This document shows, piece by piece, positions 62,204 through 64,000 of a stretch of DNA of 64,000 nucleotides. Source of the DNA: Candidatus Freyarchaeum deiterrae (GTDB lineage Archaea > Asgardarchaeota > Jordiarchaeia > Jordiarchaeales > Jordiarchaeaceae); contig CP147778.1 of assembly GCA_037305845.1 (NCBI GenBank), positions 1,536,001-1,600,000 of the forward strand, in the 5' to 3' direction. The position numbers and the translations under genes are program-made. How positions within the stretch are numbered: the first letter of the stretch is position 1; the number at the start of each line of letters is the position of its first letter. The notes beneath the pieces were generated by a model. That model worked only from the letters and a program-made list of their open reading frames with translations, was not told where the DNA came from and did not search any database.

Positions 62204-62390
62204 TTCCAGACACCTTTCCAGTGGATCCATAAAGATAGGGTTACATGAGGGGGTGTTCTAAAACTCAATCCTCCGGAAGCCTAGTACCTTAGCTTCGTTT
62301 TCTTTTTTTGAAATTAATTTAAATATAAGTTTAAAAATTTTTTAAAAAACCTTAAATATCCCATAAACAAAATCTTTATACATTGAATGA

Positions 62391-63419
62391 GTGTCATTTG
62401 AGGGATATCCGTTGGGAAGGGATGATTCTGATTTTTTTGAACAGCGGAAAGATTATGAAGAACCAGAACCAGAAGAACAAGAACCACCAGAACTAGAACC
62501 AGAAGAACAAGTTCAAGAAGAACCAGAAGAACAAGTTCAAGAAGAACCAGAAGAACAAGTTCAAGAAGAACCACCAGAACTAGAAGAAGAGAAAGTAGAC
62601 CATTATGAGGAAGATGCTAGAGATAGAGTTATAGAGATTGTTACAAATTTCAAGGCAGTAACTGCAAGAGAATTACAAGTACGACTTGAAAAAGAATTCT
62701 TCCCTTGGGTGGTTGGAAGAGCAACCATCGCTTTGTGGCGTGGGAGAAAACTACGTAGGCATGGATATAGAGGACGCAGACGCATAGGTAATAATAGCGT
62801 TCCTAATGTGTATTATAGTCTGCCTGGTACTCCATATACTGAGATAAAGAATATCATCAAAAGAAAACGTGAGGTAAGTGCACTCATTAATAATGAGCTA
62901 ACTCATGGATCCCCTGCGGGTTATCATGCAGAGAATATTTTTTTGGAAGCCCTAACTAGCTCTCTAAGCTTCAAACTTCATGTTCGAGATGCATCTGAAT
63001 TTAGAGGGCGCTCTGTTAAAGGCGAAGAGGGGAAGGAACCTCCGAATCTTGATTTCATTGTTGAAAGAGACGGAGTAGTATATGGAGTTGACGTTAAAAA
63101 CTGGATAAAATATGACACTGACGCAAAAAAAGAAATCGAAAAAAAGGTTTCTGTTGCCTTGGCTTTAGGGGTTGTACCTTTTATCATAGCTAGGTACGTT
63201 GATAAACAAACCATTTTTAAGGACGTTATACAAATGGGGGGGATAATCTATATTTATGGTACTCTTTTTTTGCAACCTGATTTGTTAAGTCTTGCTGAGC
63301 AGGCTAGAACACTTTTAGGATATCCCGTACTAGCTGTGGATTCGTTACCTGACTATAAAATTTCATGGATTGAAAAGATTCACAACAGCTATATACGTCG
63401 TCTTAACGAAAAAAGTTAA
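62391..63419 (+). CDS. Hypothetical protein: acidic repeat, wHTH-like region and PD-(D/E)xK nuclease-like domain
   Basis: E...LDFIVERDGVVYGVDVKNW nuclease-like motif. Confidence 0.6.
   Translation: MSFEGYPLGRDDSDFFEQRKDYEEPEPEEQEPPELEPEEQVQEEPEEQVQEEPEEQVQEEPPELEEEKVDHYEEDARDRVIEIVTNFKAVTARELQVRLEKEFFPWVVGRATIALWRGRKLRRHGYRGRRRIGNNSVPNVYYSLPGTPYTEIKNIIKRKREVSALINNELTHGSPAGYHAENIFLEALTSSLSFKLHVRDASEFRGRSVKGEEGKEPPNLDFIVERDGVVYGVDVKNWIKYDTDAKKEIEKKVSVALALGVVPFIIARYVDKQTIFKDVIQMGGIIYIYGTLFLQPDLLSLAEQARTLLGYPVLAVDSLPDYKISWIEKIHNSYIRRLNEKS
62481..62585 (+). repeat. In-frame tandem repeat: 3 x 24 bp (GAACCAGAAGAACAAGTTCAAGAA) flanked by GAACCACCAGAACTAGAA
   Basis: Directly visible; encodes EPEEQVQE repeats. 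Confidence 0.9.
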
Positions 63420-63598
63420 TTTTTGCCTTTTTTAATCCCTTTTTTTATTTTTTCAAGATTTATAATCGCTTCTTTTTAAATTTAAAGTAATCTGCATCTT
63501 GTAACCCTATGAATACTCACATTCCTATGTTCAGTTTAATAGGAGGGTTTATGTTTTTTATTTATTTGGTAAATTCGCAGAATAAATACAAAACGCTT

Positions 63599-64000
63599 TT
63601 ACAACTGGGCGTTTTCAGTTCTTTTTTTGAATAACTCTTCATGTGCCTTTATTAATTGTAGCGCCTCCTTAGCAGCTTTTTGAAGCGCTTTGTCCTCACT
63701 CAATGACGCCTTTTTGAGGGCTTCTATTGCGGGTTCTCCTATCTTTGCAAGAGAACTTGCTACCATCGTTCGAACATATTCTTTTTCGTCTTTTAGTGTT
63801 TGGATGAGGGGTTTAATCGCTCTATTATCTCCTATAGCTCCAAGAGCCTGTGCTACGTCCTTTCGAAATTCCCAGTCTTCATTTTTTAGTTCTTGTATTA
63901 GTGGTTCCACCGCCCTCTCATCTCTTATGTATCCAAGAGACAGGGCTGCTCGCCTTCGAATTTCTATGGGGGTCTCTTCATTTTTTAGTGCTTGTATTAG
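63599..64000 (-). CDS. PBS-lyase HEAT-repeat protein (5' end outside window)
   Basis: Repeats LIQALK.E...[25 protein letters not shown]; frame open to the window end. Confidence 0.88.
   Translation of the reverse strand, partial: LIQALKNEETPIEIRRRAALSLGYIRDERAVEPLIQELKNEDWEFRKDVAQALGAIGDNRAIKPLIQTLKDEKEYVRTMVASSLAKIGEPAIEALKKASLSEDKALQKAAKEALQLIKAHEELFKKRTENAQL

Noticed and set aside
62481-62585. Repeat array as a possible CRISPR
   Set aside because: No spacers; in-frame coding repeat; no cas genes in the window
62905-62920. GCAGGGG on the minus strand as the missing tRNA-Ser 5' exon
   Set aside because: Not followed by a D-arm or CCAG, and it lies inside a CDS

Overview
Archaeal chromosomal window made mostly of housekeeping genes. 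It holds ftsZ-secE-spt5-rpl11-rpl1-rpl10-rpl12, alaS, thiL, Sm/L37e, rpoG, Sir2, a glycosyl/methyltransferase cluster, a histone, a lone atpB, MPE-Lhr, pyrB, Hef, topA, carS, radB, a Clp1-type kinase, two 2-oxoacid:ferredoxin oxidoreductase clusters, Alba and archease. FtsZ, RpoG, histone, Hef and an OSTC/DC2-like protein together fit an Asgard- or Bathyarchaeia-type lineage (inference only). The main result is extensive bulge-helix-bulge (BHB) intron content, reconstructed by hand. There are 20 introns at 12 different positions in 7 tRNA loci, and three tRNAs (Arg-UCU, Ala-GGC, Phe-GAA) carry four introns each, with exons as short as 4-6 nt. A 28-nt BHB intron also interrupts the conserved YP|ITP motif of a porA-type protein-coding gene. 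Other oddities are a tRNA-Ser(UGA) lacking its first ~20 nt (split tRNA or att remnant), C33 in both U34-C35 tRNAs, and an archease gene that appears to start at ATA.
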